DNA of 64,000 nucleotides from Dendrobates tinctorius (taxonomy: Eukaryota): positions 21,948,001-22,012,000 of the forward strand of contig NW_027361725.1 of assembly GCF_039654945.1 (NCBI RefSeq), given 5' to 3'. The translations under genes and the position numbers were made by a program. Each line of letters starts with the position of its first letter. Position 1 is the first letter of the stretch. The notes under the pieces were generated by a model. That model saw only the letters and a program-made list of their open reading frames with translations. It had not been told where the DNA came from and searched no databases. Below are positions 25,047 to 37,828 of this stretch, one piece after another.

Positions 25047-26290
25047 TTAAATGACTAACTGCCAAAGCATTCAGTGTTCAGGAGGTGCCTGTAGATAGAT
25101 CACTCCAGGATAGTTTGTGCTAATCTGAGAAGTGGACATTACTGCCTGTTATTGGGCTGATCCCTGCTAGGAAAAGAACTGTTTTACCGTTTTGCCCAGA
25201 GGGCCATGTTTACTTTCCAAAGCTTGGTTTATGCTGTCTTCAATACAATAAACCAAGCCTTCTCTTAAAGAAACATTGGTCTGGTTATACCTCTGCGTCC
25301 AGCCGAGTGAGCAACACTATACTGTATATATAGTAAAAAGGATACAAGGAGTAAAAATACACATACATTATAAACTACAGTACATCTACAGTGTTTAATT
25401 GTGCAATAGTAAATTATTACCACCCTAAGTTTCCACCAACACTGGTGCATTTTATATACATCACCGTGGCATATGTAGGCGCCATAAAAATAACAAGCTA
25501 TAAACAGCTTATGATTATGATCCACAAATCGTTGGATGCTGAAAGCCAATACATAAATACATGATATTATTATTATCGGCCTCGCTGAAAGACCCCAGCA
25601 CCGCCAGTGAATAAGCCTTGTTCTGTAGGTGCATACTTGTCTTGTTAGACAGCTGTGATTGATGAGTCAGTGACTACAAGAAAATTGCTTCCCATGAATT
25701 ATTCAGCAAGTCTTCTCTTTGTCGTTCCACAGGCTGATAGGACGCGTGGCAAGCTAAGCACAATTCACTTGCAGATCAGGAACAAGCAGGTATTAAAAAT
25801 AGCTCTGTGACAACATTGCCTCTCCGGATCATGTTTGGACTTTCTGCTGCCTGTGTTGAAAATGTAGGGGGATAAAAACTCCCCTAAATCAGAAGGGGTT
25901 TAGAAGGCAGATGTTGCACTGATAAAGCAATGTCATCATCTCGGCTGTGAAACAATATCCAGAGCTGTGTTTAATATATTCCAAAGGATGCAGCAGGGCT
26001 GGTAACATATCTGCAAGAATACATGCGCCTCTTGTGCTGTCAATAAGAGACTATTGGAAAAGTGCAGACTGCTATTCCTTCTATCACTGGCGAATTAGTT
26101 CATAATAAATTATTTAAAAGTGAATTTAAAATATGGAACTGTATTGGTAACATCCCAACCAACCTCGTATAAAAATCACGATTCAAAAGACACATGCGAC
26201 AATAAGGAAATTAGATTATTTTATGCCATCACTTTGGTTCTACTTCAATATCAAATGGTTATCCAACAAAAACACTTATAGTCTTCCCAC

Positions 26291-26863
26291 TGTGAGGCAG
26301 TGAGGGGGATCCTATGCGAGAGTTGATATGTGTCCCTCAGGATGCGGATGGAGTCTTATTAAACCCGCTGGAGTTCCTTGTGTTCACAGCAAGATCCCTG
26401 TGAGTCACAAGGCAAAATAAAAGTAATAGTGCATTGGGTCCAAGTACTGACTCAAAACAGAATTTTAGAGGGATTTACAAGTTTGTTAGTGGGGCGAATA
26501 CCTCTCTCCAGCCTGGGTTTTGCAAGTGGCTCTATGGCCATAATTCCATTTCATTCTGTCAGTTTTTGCATTGGGCGTGTCAGTTTGGAGTTTGCAGAGC
26601 CGGTGTCTCTGTGCCGCCCAGGACTGTGTGAAGCTAACAGAGTCAGAGACTTCCAGGCAGCTGACGCACCCAAAAGACACGGCGGTGCCATCGTCCACGG
26701 CAACAGATTTGGAGTTCTGGACTTTGTTTACGGAAACCTAGCTATGATCCGGAAGACATCATTCCTTTGTGTGAGTTTTGTTTTGAACATTAAAGACTTC
26801 TGCTTTGAACTTTTCTGTTGTTCCTGCCTATCTGTCGCACTGCACCAACCCCGCTGCACTACA
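26291..26863 (+). mobile_element. Solo LTR related to the Gmr1-like LTR at 52609-53011
   Basis: TGTGAGGCA...CCGCTGCACTACA termini shared with that LTR (reverse complement); TSD CCAC / CCTC. Confidence 0.78.
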
Positions 26864-26930
26864 CCTCGGGATCTCCGACATCTCAGTCAGTCCCATGAAC
26901 ATTTAATTAGCAGCATGAGCCTGACTTGTA

Positions 26931-27128
26931 GGCTGAGTCAGACAGCCGTATAAGTTGTGCGAGAATTGCATCGCACTGCATGGACTGACCCGGAACCTCT
27001 CCTGACCTGAGCAAGACAGCATGATGGATTACTATGCAGCTGTCAAGCTCAGGTCAGGAGAGCCGACAGCCAGTACGAGGTTTACGATGTGATTCTCACA
27101 CGAGAACTACGGCCGTCTGTCTCTGACC
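26931..27128. mobile_element. Harbinger-type MITE
   Basis: GTA|GGCTGAGTCAGACAGCCGTA ... TACGGCCGTCTGTCTCTGACC|GTA. Confidence 0.6.
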
Positions 27129-27555
27129 GTAGTCTTGACATTGCAGAACCTACTAATCAGAGAGGAGCCCGGTAGGAAGTAGAAAGTTCTCCGGGATCTG
27201 GTCTTGCTGCGACAGAGTACCAAATTGGCTGCTGGACCAGGGTCTTACAAAATGTTTTCCTCAACTCTAATTATTAATACACTGTTTTTACTGGAAGTAA
27301 AAAGTCACCAAAAGAAATATATTTTAGAATTAGACCAATAGCAAGTCATGATTGTAATGTCATTATTGAAGTTATCACTTTTACGCACGTCATTCTTTGA
27401 ATCGACAACTGCAGAATATTTCAAATCTGTTCCATTTTGACAATAAAATGCATTAGAATACCCCTGTTAAACTTTCCACATAACTTAATAATGGCAAATT
27501 ATTTTTCACTTCCATTGCAGAGTTACTATCTTGTAAAATTTAGATTAGAATTTCG

Positions 27556-28248
27556 CCTTCAACCAAGGAAGGGGTTAGCAGACATTTGTCTTTGTAGCAC
27601 TTACTTTTGCCCGTGTATTATGCTGTCCAATCATATTCAGGAGGTGTCATGCAAGGGAAAAAAAATGCTTCTACCAGTGAAGCTTAGTTTAGGCTTTCTC
27701 CTATGAGTCATGTTATAACACACAGCCCTGCTCTCGTCTGTGATCCCTGCAGCTACTGTGTAGAGTATAGCAGAGTTATGTGTCATTAGAAACACCTATC
27801 AGCTTTAATTTCAGGGCACTGTTGGCTCAGCTTTACACATCCTCATTACACACTGACTGCTGTGAGATGAAAGCTGCAAGATGTTTTTGTAATGACACAT
27901 AGGTCTACATTATATTGCTTTATTCCACACATTGGTTGCAGAGATCACAGAGGAGAGGAGTTCTATGTGTCATAGAATGTCTTATAAGACAAAGCCTGCT
28001 TTAAACTTCTCTAGGCCAGGGTTCCCCAACTCCAGTCCTCAAGGCCCCCCAACAGATCATGTTTTCAGGATTTCCTTAGTATTGCTCAGGTGATAATGGC
28101 ATCTGTAGGTGTACCTTGAGGACTGGAATTGGGGAACCCTGCTCTAGGCCATGTTCTTTTTTTCTCCATCATGACACTGCCTGTTTATGATTGGGCAATG
28201 TCATGCAGGGGGGGGGGGGAAGTACTCATACCCCTTTGCTGAAGGGTA
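27556..28248. mobile_element. Old fold-back element (CCTTCA...TGAAGGG ends)
   Basis: Degenerate inverted arms (CCAATCATA...GTGTCATG / CATGACAC...TATGATTGG). Confidence 0.5.
28017..28141. mobile_element. 125-bp hAT-Charlie MITE
   Basis: CAGGGTTCCCCAACTCCAGTCCTCAAG / CTTGAGGACTGGAATTGGGGAACCCTG; perfect TSD CTCTAGGC. Confidence 0.93.
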
Positions 28249-30009
28249 GATTAGAATCTAAACATTAAACATTACAAGCTGGAGTAGGAAATCAAAAATA
28301 AAAATGACCGTACATTTTATTAAGCTGTGCAGCCACTGTTCCATGATGTGGCTAGCCTAATATGCCAAAACTGGTACAAGGTCCTCCTTAAAGTGTTGGG
28401 AATGAGAAAATAAAACTGTCTGTACAAATTAACTAAATTTGTTAAATTCAGCAATGATGGGAAGATAATCTAAAGGGTAGAGGGACAGTCAGACAGTCCT
28501 AGGATCGCAGTCATGAAAAAAAGGATTTCAACAAGGGTGATTGGGAAAGGTGACAGTGAGATGAAAGAACGTTTGAAATTATATTTAATTTATTTGACCA
28601 GCGTTAAGACAATGGAGATTTTGTACAATCAAAAAGACAGATTATTCAACCAACTGTCATGATATGAACAAGTTTGACAGATCCCGAGCAATGGTTGGTA
28701 AAAAGTTGAGCAACTGTGGTGGTCGGGTGACATTGTTAGTAAATAATCTTTGATTGATTTTTTTATATGTATGTTTTTTGGACTCTTTTGACTCCCAGTC
28801 GCTTATAGGTTTCATGTTTAGTGGAGTGTCCTCTTCTTTTGCCAATTCGCCTATTTCTAGAAATACGATAAATTGCTTACCTACTTTTTTAATATGCTTT
28901 TGGTTTGGATGTTTTTGATCCTGGCTGCCTACTGTCTGTAGTCCACACCCTTAGGAGAAGTTTGTAGTCTGTTAGATTTACGTAGACAGGAACATGAAGT
29001 TGCATTGTCTGACCTGATGTATTGTGTGAATCCATCCAATTGTAATACTGTAATTCAGAAGTCCCATCGTTTCGTTAACATGGAAAAGCAAATATTTCAT
29101 TGCACAATGTGTATCAACAGGCAGGAGCTGACAAGAACACCCAAGATAGTTTGCCTTTTTCCAGTGAACATTTATATACGGGAGAAAGCAGGACATTAAA
29201 TAGGTCTATAAAACAGAGTACTAAATCTCTAAAACTACAGCTTTCCCTGCTTCGAAGCTGATCCAAACACTTATCATTAAGTGCCTGCAATGTTAGGGCA
29301 GCTTTGCTCATTTCAACAGAGATAGAGCTAAAAGCAGAAAATGATAGAGGATGCTATAAACCAGGTGAGCTTTCCATTCCCTCCAGACTTCAGACACATC
29401 TATTGCAGTTAACCCCTCCACTGCAGAAAAGATTTGTATCTTTATATCTTTATAAATCTATGGGGCTGACAACAAACTGTTTGCACGAAATATTCCCGCT
29501 GCACCTCAGCAGTTGTAGGACCAAGAGTGTCAATTTCTGTTGTTTTTCTATAAGTGTGAGTTGTATGACTTGGATCTCAAAAGCTAAGTAAAAAAAAAAA
29601 AAAAAAAAAAAATACTTTAGCGAATCCATGATTTTTATGTTAATGGCCTTCGGCCATGGCCTAAAAAAAGCTTGTTTGCTACTAGCTGGACATTATTAAT
29701 TATTATTATTCTAAAGCCGCTATTGATATCTGTTACTTTACAACATAAAAAGTTGGAATTGAATGTAAAATAAATAGCCAAACTATAAAAAAAACCTATT
29801 CCTACCTCGTATAGCAATTTATGTCAAAGGAACCTGTCCAGAAACTCCATTTACCCACAGACATAGGGAGAGTCTGCAAGTAAGTAGATTTACAATCATG
29901 TCTGGAGCAGCAGCTACAAGGAGAAAATTAAGTTTCATCCCCCCTGCAGCCGCTCACTTCCAGTCACCAGGGCTGTGCAGGGAGCGGCTACACTCACCAG
30001 TCCCTAGAT

Positions 30010-30535
30010 CAATGTTTCCCAAACTCCAGTCTTCAGGGCCCCAACATGTCATGTTTTGAGGATTTCCTCAGTATTGCACAGGTGATGGAATTACTATTAG
30101 GCTATGTGCACACGTTGCTGATTCTGCTGCGGATCCGCAGCGTTTCTGGCCCTGTGCATCTGCAGCAGATTTAGGTGCGTTGTACAGTACCATTGCTTTC
30201 AATGGTAAACTGAAAAACGCTGTGCACATGCTGCGGATTTTTCCACGCGGATTTGCTGCGGGTTCAAATCCACAGCATGTCAATTCTTTGTGCGGATTCC
30301 GCTGCGGTTTCACACCTTCTCCATTGTAGAGGTGTGAAATCGCAGGGCTAAACCGCAGGTCTTTTTGACCTGCAGATTTTCCAAAATCTGTGCGGAAAAA
30401 TACGCAGCAACAAAAATTACGTGTGCACATAGCCTTAAGGCATCAGAAATTGCCACAGATATACCTGTGCAATATAAGGAAATCCTGAAAATATGATTGG
30501 CTGGGGACTGTGGGGATTGGGTTTGGAAAACACTG
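30010..30535. mobile_element. hAT-Charlie MITE hosting a Harbinger MITE
   Basis: CAATGTTTCCCAAAC / GTTTGGAAAACACTG; TSD CCCTAGAT / CGCTAGAC. Confidence 0.8.
30100..30434. mobile_element. PIF/Harbinger MITE
   Basis: TTA|GGCTATGTGCACAC ... GTGTGCACATAGCC|TTA. Confidence 0.92.
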
Positions 30536-31559
30536 CGCTAGACTGTGTGTACATACACATGGGCCATGTACACAGCAAACAAGTCGGTAGGACAGTGTTC
30601 TCACCACCAAGAGACTGAAATACAGAGGAACAGTATAACAAACGTGAAATATACTCTGCTGTAAAAAATATCTAACAATAAACAGCAAGTGCTAGTAAAA
30701 AGATGATAACAAAACAGGATATTTAGTTGATACGTTTTTTGCCAAAAATGTATGCTAAGCCGCTCTACCAAATGTCAAGGTATACCCAACAGCACCTATA
30801 TGAGCAGGATTCAGAAAGGTAATGTCTGATGTGGACATGCTGTGTAAGATGGCTTTATATGTGCATGGCCCACAAGAGAGGGGTTGAGACCTCCCAAAAA
30901 ATTGCAAAATCAAGAAACAAATTGAATACAAACGCACGGGCCATGCACACAGCAATTAACCCCTTCACTACCAAGGGTGGTTTGCACGTTAACTACCGGG
31001 CCAATTTTTACAATTCTGACCACTGTACCTTTATGAGGTCATAACTCTGGAACGCTTTCATGGATCCCGGTGGTTCTGACATTGTTTTCTTGTGACATAT
31101 TGTACTTCATGTTAGTGGTAAAATTGCATTCAAATAACTTGCGTTTATTTGTGAAAAAAACAGAAATTTGGCGAAAATTTTGAAAATTTCGCAATTTTCC
31201 AACTTTGAATTTTTATGCCCTTAAATCACAGCGATACGGCACACAAAAAACTTAATACATAACATTTCCCACATGTTTACTTTACATCAGCACAATTTTG
31301 GAACCAACATTTTTTTTTGTTAGGAAGTTATAAGGGTTAAAAATTGACCAGCGATTTCTCATTTTTGCAACACCATTTAATTTTTAGGGACCACTTCACA
31401 TTTGAAGCCACTTTGAGGGGTCTATATGATAGAAAATACCCAAAAGTGACACCATTCTAAAAACTGCATCCCTTAAGGTGCTTAAAACCACATTCAAGAA
31501 GTTTATTAACCCTTTAGGTGCGTCACAGGAATTTTTTGAATATTAAAAAAAAATGAACA

Positions 31560-33750
31560 TTTAACTTTTTTTCACAAAAAAAATACTTCAGGTTCAATTT
31601 TCTTTATTTTACCAAGGGTAACAGGAGAAATTGGACAGCAAAAGTTATTGTGCAATTTGTCCTGAGTACGCTGATACCTGATATGTGGGGGGGAACCACT
31701 GTTTCGGCGCATGGCAGAGCTCAGAATGGAAGGAGCGCCGTTTGACTTTTTCAATGCAAAATTGGCTGGAATTCAGATCGGACGCCATGTCACGTTTGGT
31801 GAGCCCCTGATGTACCTAAACAGTGGAAACCCCCCAAGTGACCCTATTTTGGAAACTAGACCCCCCAAGGAACTTATCTAGATATGTGGTGAGAACTTTG
31901 AACCCACAAGGGCTTCACAGAAGTTTATAACGTACAGCGGTACAATTAAAAAATCATATTTTTTCCACAAAAATGATCTTTTCACCCCCAATTTTTATTT
32001 TTCCAAGGGTAACAGGACCCTAAAAGTTATTGTGCAATTTGTCCTGAGTACGCTGATACCCCATATGTGGGTGTAAATGACTATTTGGGCGCATAGCAGA
32101 GCTTGGAAGGGAAGCAGTGCCATTTGACGTTTTTGGCTAGAATTGAGATCGGACACCATGTCGCGATTGGAAAACCCCTGATGTACCAAAACAGTGGAAA
32201 CCCCCCACAAATAATACCATTTTGGAATCTAGACCCCCCAAGGAACTTATCTAGATGTGTGGTGAGAACTTTGAACCCCCAAGGGCTTCACAGAAGTTTA
32301 TAACGTACAGCAGTACAATTAAAAAATCATATTTTTTCCACAAAAATGATCTTTTCACCCTCAATTCTCATTTTTCCAAAAGTAACAGGACCCTAAAAGA
32401 TATTGTGCAATTTATCCTGAGTACGCTGATACCCCACATGTGGGTGTAAACCACTATTTGGGCGTATGGCAGAGCTCGGAAGGGAAGCAGCGCCATTTGA
32501 CGTTTTTGGCTGGAATTGAGATCGGACACCATGTCGCGTTAGGAAAGCCCCTGATGTACCAAAACAGTAGAAACCCCCCACAAATGACACCATTTTGGAA
32601 ACTAGACCCCCCAAGGAACTTATCTAGATGTGTGGTGAGCACTTTGAACCCCCCAGTGCTTCACTGAAGTTTATAACGTCCGGGCGTGAAAATAAAAAAA
32701 TCGTATTTTTTCCACAAACATGATCTTTTAGTCCCCATTTTTTATTTTCCCAAGGGTAACAGGAGAAATTGGACCCCAAAAGTTGTTGTCCAATTTGTCC
32801 TGAGTACGCTGATACCTCATATGTGGGAGAAAACTACTGTATGGGCACACGTCGGGGCTCGGAAGGGAAGTAGTGACGTTTTGGAATGCAGACTTTGATG
32901 GAATGGTCTGCGGGTGTCATGTTGCGTTTGGAGAGCCCCTGATGTACCTAAACAGTGGAAAACCCCCACAAGTGACCCCATTTTGGAAACTAGACCCCCT
33001 AATGAACTTATCTAGATGTGTGGTGAGCACTTTGAACCCCCCAGTGCTTCACAGAAGTTTATAACGACCGGGCGTGAAAATAAAAATATCGTATTTTTTC
33101 AACAAACATCATCTTTTAGTCCCCATTTTTTTTATTTTCCCAAGGGTAACAGGAGAAATTGGACCCCAAAAGTTGTTGTCCAATTTGTCCTGAGTACGCT
33201 GATACCTCATATGTGGGAGAAAACTACTGTATGGGCACACGTCGGGGCTCGGAAGGGAAGTAGTGACGTTTTGGAATGCAGACTTTGATGGATTGGTATG
33301 CGGGTGTCATGTGCGTTTGGAGAGCCCCTGATGTACCTAAACTATTGAAACTCCCCACAAGTGACCCCATTTTGGAAACTAGACCCCCCACGGAGCTTAT
33401 CTAGATGTGTGGAGAGCACTTTGAACCCCCAAGTGCTTCACAGAAGTTTATAACGCCTGGGCGTGAAAATAAAAAAAACATTTTTTTCCGCAAAATTATA
33501 TTTTTGCCCCCAATTTTTTATTTTCCTAAGGGTAACAGGAGAAATTGGACCCCAAAAGTTGTTTTGTAATTTGTCCTGAGTAGGCTGATACCCTACATGT
33601 GGGGGTAAAACACTGTTTGGGCACATGGCAGAGCTTGGAAGGGAAGGAGCACCATTTGACTTTTTCAACGCAGAATTGGCTGGAATTGAGATCAGATGCC
33701 ATGTTGCCTTTGGAGAGCACCTGATGTGCCCAAACAGTGGAAACCCCCAA
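31560..33750. repeat. ~375-390-bp tandem repeat, about 6 copies
   Basis: AACAGGA...AATTTGTCCTGAGTACGCTGATACC...TTTTGGAAACTAGACCCC recurs near 31620, 32011, 32384, 32758, 33148 and 33534. Confidence 0.9.
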
Positions 33751-33785
33751 TTATAACTCCAACCCTAACCTCAACACACCCCTAA

Positions 33786-33968
33786 NNNNNNNNNNNNNNN
33801 NNNNNNNNNNNNNNNNNNNNNNNNNNNNNNNNNNNNNNNNNNNNNNNNNNNNNNNNNNNNNNNNNNNNNNNNNNNNNNNNNNNNNNNNNNNNNNNNNNNN
33901 NNNNNNNNNNNNNNNNNNNNNNNNNNNNNNNNNNNNNNNNNNNNNNNNNNNNNNNNNNNNNNNNNNNN
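33786..33968. other. Assembly gap (N run)
   Basis: Run of N. Confidence 1.
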
Positions 33969-35819
33969 AAATACATTTTCTTTTAGTTTTATTATTTTTC
34001 CCTAACTAAGGGGGTGATAACGGGGGGGTTTGATTTACTATTTATGGTGGTTTTTATATTTGGCAGCTGTCGCACGCTAAAAGACGCTTTTTATTGTAAA
34101 AATAGTTTTTGCATCACCACATATTGTGAGCTATAATTTTTCCGTATTTTGACCCACCGAGTCATGTGAGGTCTTATTTTTTGTGGGACGAGTTGACGTT
34201 TTTATTGGTACCATATTCGGGCACGTGACTTTTTTGATCGCTTTTTATTCCGATTTTTGGGACGCAGAATGAACAAAAACCAGCGTTTCATGAATTTCTT
34301 TTGGGGGGTGCGTTTACACCGTTCCGCGTGCAGTAAAATTGATAACGTGTTTTTATTCTTCGGGTCAGTACGGTTACAGCGATACCTCATTTAGGTCGTT
34401 TTTTTATGTTTTGTCGGTTTTTTGCAATGAAAACAATTTTATATAAAAAATAATTATTTTTGTATCGCTTTATTCTGTGAGCTATAACTTTTTTATTTTT
34501 TTGCGGATGATGCTGTATGGCAGCTCGTTTTTTGAGGGACAAGATGACGTTTTCAGCGGTACCAAGCATATTTATATGCGTCTTTTTGATCGCGCGTTAT
34601 TGCACTTTTTGTTCGGTGGTATGATAATAAATCATTATTTTTTGCTTCGTTTTTTATTTTTATTTTTTAAGGGGTTCGCTAAAGGGGTTAACTAATGGGA
34701 CAGTTTTATAGGGCAGGTCATTACAGACGCGGCGATACCAAATATGTGTACTTTTATTGTTTTTGCTTTTTTTTATTTTGAAAAAATGGATTTATTGGGG
34801 AATATTTTTATTTTTTTTTACTAATTTATTTAGCGATTTTTTTTTTTAATTATTTTTAACACTTTTTTTTTTTTTTTTTACTTTATTACCTTGTCCCAGG
34901 TGGGACATCACTGTCCTGTGACAGATCGCTGATCTGTCACATCACAGATCACTGTGACAGATCAGCGATCTGTCACAGGCACTGCTGCAGACTTCCTCAT
35001 GCCTGCTCTTTGCAGGCAGTGAGGAAGTCAGCTCCCTGCAGGCCCCCGTCGCCATCTTGGATCCGGGGGCCTGTAGGGAAAGAGCCCCCCGCAGCAGCGC
35101 TGCACATTGCGCTGCCGTGGGGGGCTCAGGGAAGCACGGAGGGAGCCCCCTCCCTGCCAATGCTTCCCTTTAACCCCCGGTACACCGCGATCGCGTTTGA
35201 TCGCGGTGTGCAAGGGGTTAACGTGTCGGGGGCGGTCCGTGACCGCCCCTGACACATTGTGCCAGGTGTCAGCTATGATAATTAGCTGACACTCGGCCGT
35301 GATCAGCGGCGCTCACCACGTGGGCGCCGCTGATCGCGATGACGTAATATTCCGTCCATGGTAATTAGGTCCATGGTCACATGGACGGAATATTACGTCA
35401 ATTGTAGGTAAGGGGTTAAGTCGGTAGGACACAGATGCTACAGATGCTCTCACCTGTGCAATACTAAGGAAATCCTGACAATATGATGTGCTGGGGACTG
35501 TGGGGATGGGGGTTGGAAAAAACCCTGCACTAGACTGTGTGTGTTGAAATCTTTTTCCTACACATTGATTAACATGCTGCACCGCATACATGCTACTCCG
35601 CATACATGCTACACCCCCATTGTGAGTCAATCAATGTGCCGAGAAGTGACTAGAAGTCGCTCGCTGTATTCGGGGCAGGCATTATAACTTCTCCTTACAC
35701 CTCTCTGATGACTGGAAATGAGCAGCCACAGTGACAATATACATTCATTTTCTCCTTTAAGCCACTGCTCTGTTAAAAAACTCCTCCTCTCAAAGCTTGT
35801 GTCCTCTTTTTATATTGCA

Positions 35820-36182
35820 CTCATCATATTATATAGCACTGTGAAATTACAATTGCTCATTTTGTCTTCCTGCTCAGCTTATTCTTCTCATTTCTATGCT
35901 CTATATAGAAACAGGAAGTCTCTTGTCCTTGCATTTATCATTCCCCTTTTCAATTTCTAACCCAGTTGCTCAACCCTCCCCCCTTCCATTTACTTTTGCA
36001 CTAACTGATGACTTGTGCAGACAAAATTGACCTCATGTTTCTACATAGAGCTTAGAAGTATTCAGCTAGTCCAGTTTTAATCACGTGATGTCATAGACCT
36101 AATGAAAAAGAGAAGAATTACCTGGTAGAAAGGAAAAATGAGCAATTGTAAGTACACAATGCTATATAATATAATTGCTTCT
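35820..36182. mobile_element. Degenerate palindromic MITE ending at TTAA
   Basis: ATATTATATAGCACTGTG..TTACAATTGCTCATTTT / AAAATGAGCAATTGTAA..CACAATGCTATATAATAT. Confidence 0.55.
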
Positions 36183-36977
36183 TTAAAGTGGACAAGCATG
36201 GTTTGAACACTATTTACCTGCAGATTAACACTATAACTGCAGGTAAATTACATTTCTGGGCATGACTGGTAATGTTTATGGCTTCCAGGAACAAATTAAA
36301 GAGTTAACAGTAAACTTAATGATCTAGAGGGGGAATAAAAGCCAAAGAGAACGGCTGCATGGATCGTCCAAGCAAACTGATACTTGGTGTGACACCAGAA
36401 ATAAACAGAGCGAGTAAATGGATGCTATCAATAGATAGAATCTGTCAATACACCCACTTAACGTTTCAGAAAGACACTGCAGCTGCACAAATGCAAAGGA
36501 AGAGATCTCAGTCTGCATGCAAAAGCGCACAGGCAGACAGCTTTCCTTTAGAAGGATTTTCTCAATGGCCAATTCAAAATGGACCGGCGTAGCTTTTAGG
36601 ACACCATTATCAGAATTAGAGAGGGTTACAAGTAGCTAATTTTTCTCTGGAAAATCACTGTAGCTGATCCTGCGGAAGCGCTATGATCATAGGAGTATTC
36701 AGGAGCACCAATGGAAAAAGAGACTGCATGGCATTTACAATATTGGTCACGTGTTCATTCTTTGCATATGATATCTAAGTATTGCTGGATATAGTCTACA
36801 GGATATCCATTGTTGTTGATTTCTCTTCTAGCAAAAGTTCTTGCAGTTTCTTTTTCTTATGTAACTAGCTGTTGAATGCGTTCTTTGCAGGTAACATCTC
36901 CCCTACCACTGGATCGAGGCATGATCCTGTGATTGCATTGATTCATGTGCTCCAATCACAGTACAGGCAAAGCTTAA

Positions 36978-37257
36978 GAGGGTTGTATGGCTTTAGGCTA
37001 CTAATCTGCAGTCATTCTGTGTGACTGCAGACTTGTGAACCCTCACACTTTGCACACTGCAACCTGTGCCAATTCTCCGATGTCGGCGTTAGGAGAGAGG
37101 AATTTTTATACTTCTGGCCACATTCCAACTAGATGTGTCTGGACTCTCTCAATACACTTTCATTAAATGAGACCACACACGTTTAGTCGGCATGTGACCG
37201 CATGTATGCAAATTGTAGAGCATCTGCAAATTTGTACCTGAAGGCCGGATAACCCCT
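36978..37257. mobile_element. T2-type MITE (unexpanded relative of 7618-8750)
   Basis: TTAA|GAGGGTTGT ... GGATAACCCCT; shares CTGCAGACTTGTGAA and ATACTTCTGGCCACATT motifs. Confidence 0.65.
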
Positions 37258-37828
37258 TTATCTTCCTGACTCTGCAGTCAGTAGAGGGTGGAGTGAAGGG
37301 TGGACATATCATTGGTGCAAGCAAGGGGCCAAAGAGGTAAGGGGGCCACTACCAACTCCAAAGTAGCAAGCAACATTTGCTATAGAAACATTATTGGAAT
37401 ACAGCTTCTGCAAATTTGTACCCCAAGGCTGGATAGCCCCTTTAATCTCATGACGCTGCAGCCAGTAGAAGGTGGAGTGAAGGGCAGACATATCATTGGT
37501 GCAACCAAGGGGCCAAAGAGGTAAGGGGGCCATTACCAACTCCAGAGTAGCAAGCAACTTTTGCTATAGAAACATTATTGGAATACAGCTTCTGCAAATT
37601 TGTACCCCAAGGCTGGATAGCCCCTTTAATCTCATGACGTTGCAGCCAGTAGAAGGTGGAGTGAAGAGTGAACATATCATTGGTGCAACCAAGGGGCCAA
37701 AGAGGTAAGGGGGCCACTACCAACTCCAAACTAGCAAGCAACTTTTGCCACAGACACATTATTGTACGGCAAAGGGCCCACATACTGTTCTTGGACAGAA
37801 CTCCTCTTTTGTCTGTGTCCACTCCTGG
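37224..37828. repeat. ~185-bp unit in three tandem copies spanning a T2-MITE end and an hAT-MITE start
   Basis: CTGCAAATTTGTACC and CATATCATTGGTGCAA each recur three times; hAT end TGTCCACTCCTG near 37828. Confidence 0.85.

Larger units (their letters stand above)
30960..35415 (+). mobile_element. Long non-autonomous piggyBac-type element spanning the gap
   Basis: TTAA|CCCCTT ... AAGGGG|TTAA. The flanks rejoin as CACAGCAA-TTAA-GTCGGTAGGACA, matching the uninterrupted paralogous sequence near 30572-30594. Confidence 0.8.

Noticed and set aside
26378-26953. 191-aa ORF
   Set aside because: Lies within a solo LTR, non-ATG start, no recognisable motifs.
33737-34009. ORFs containing X runs
   Set aside because: Artefacts of the N gap.
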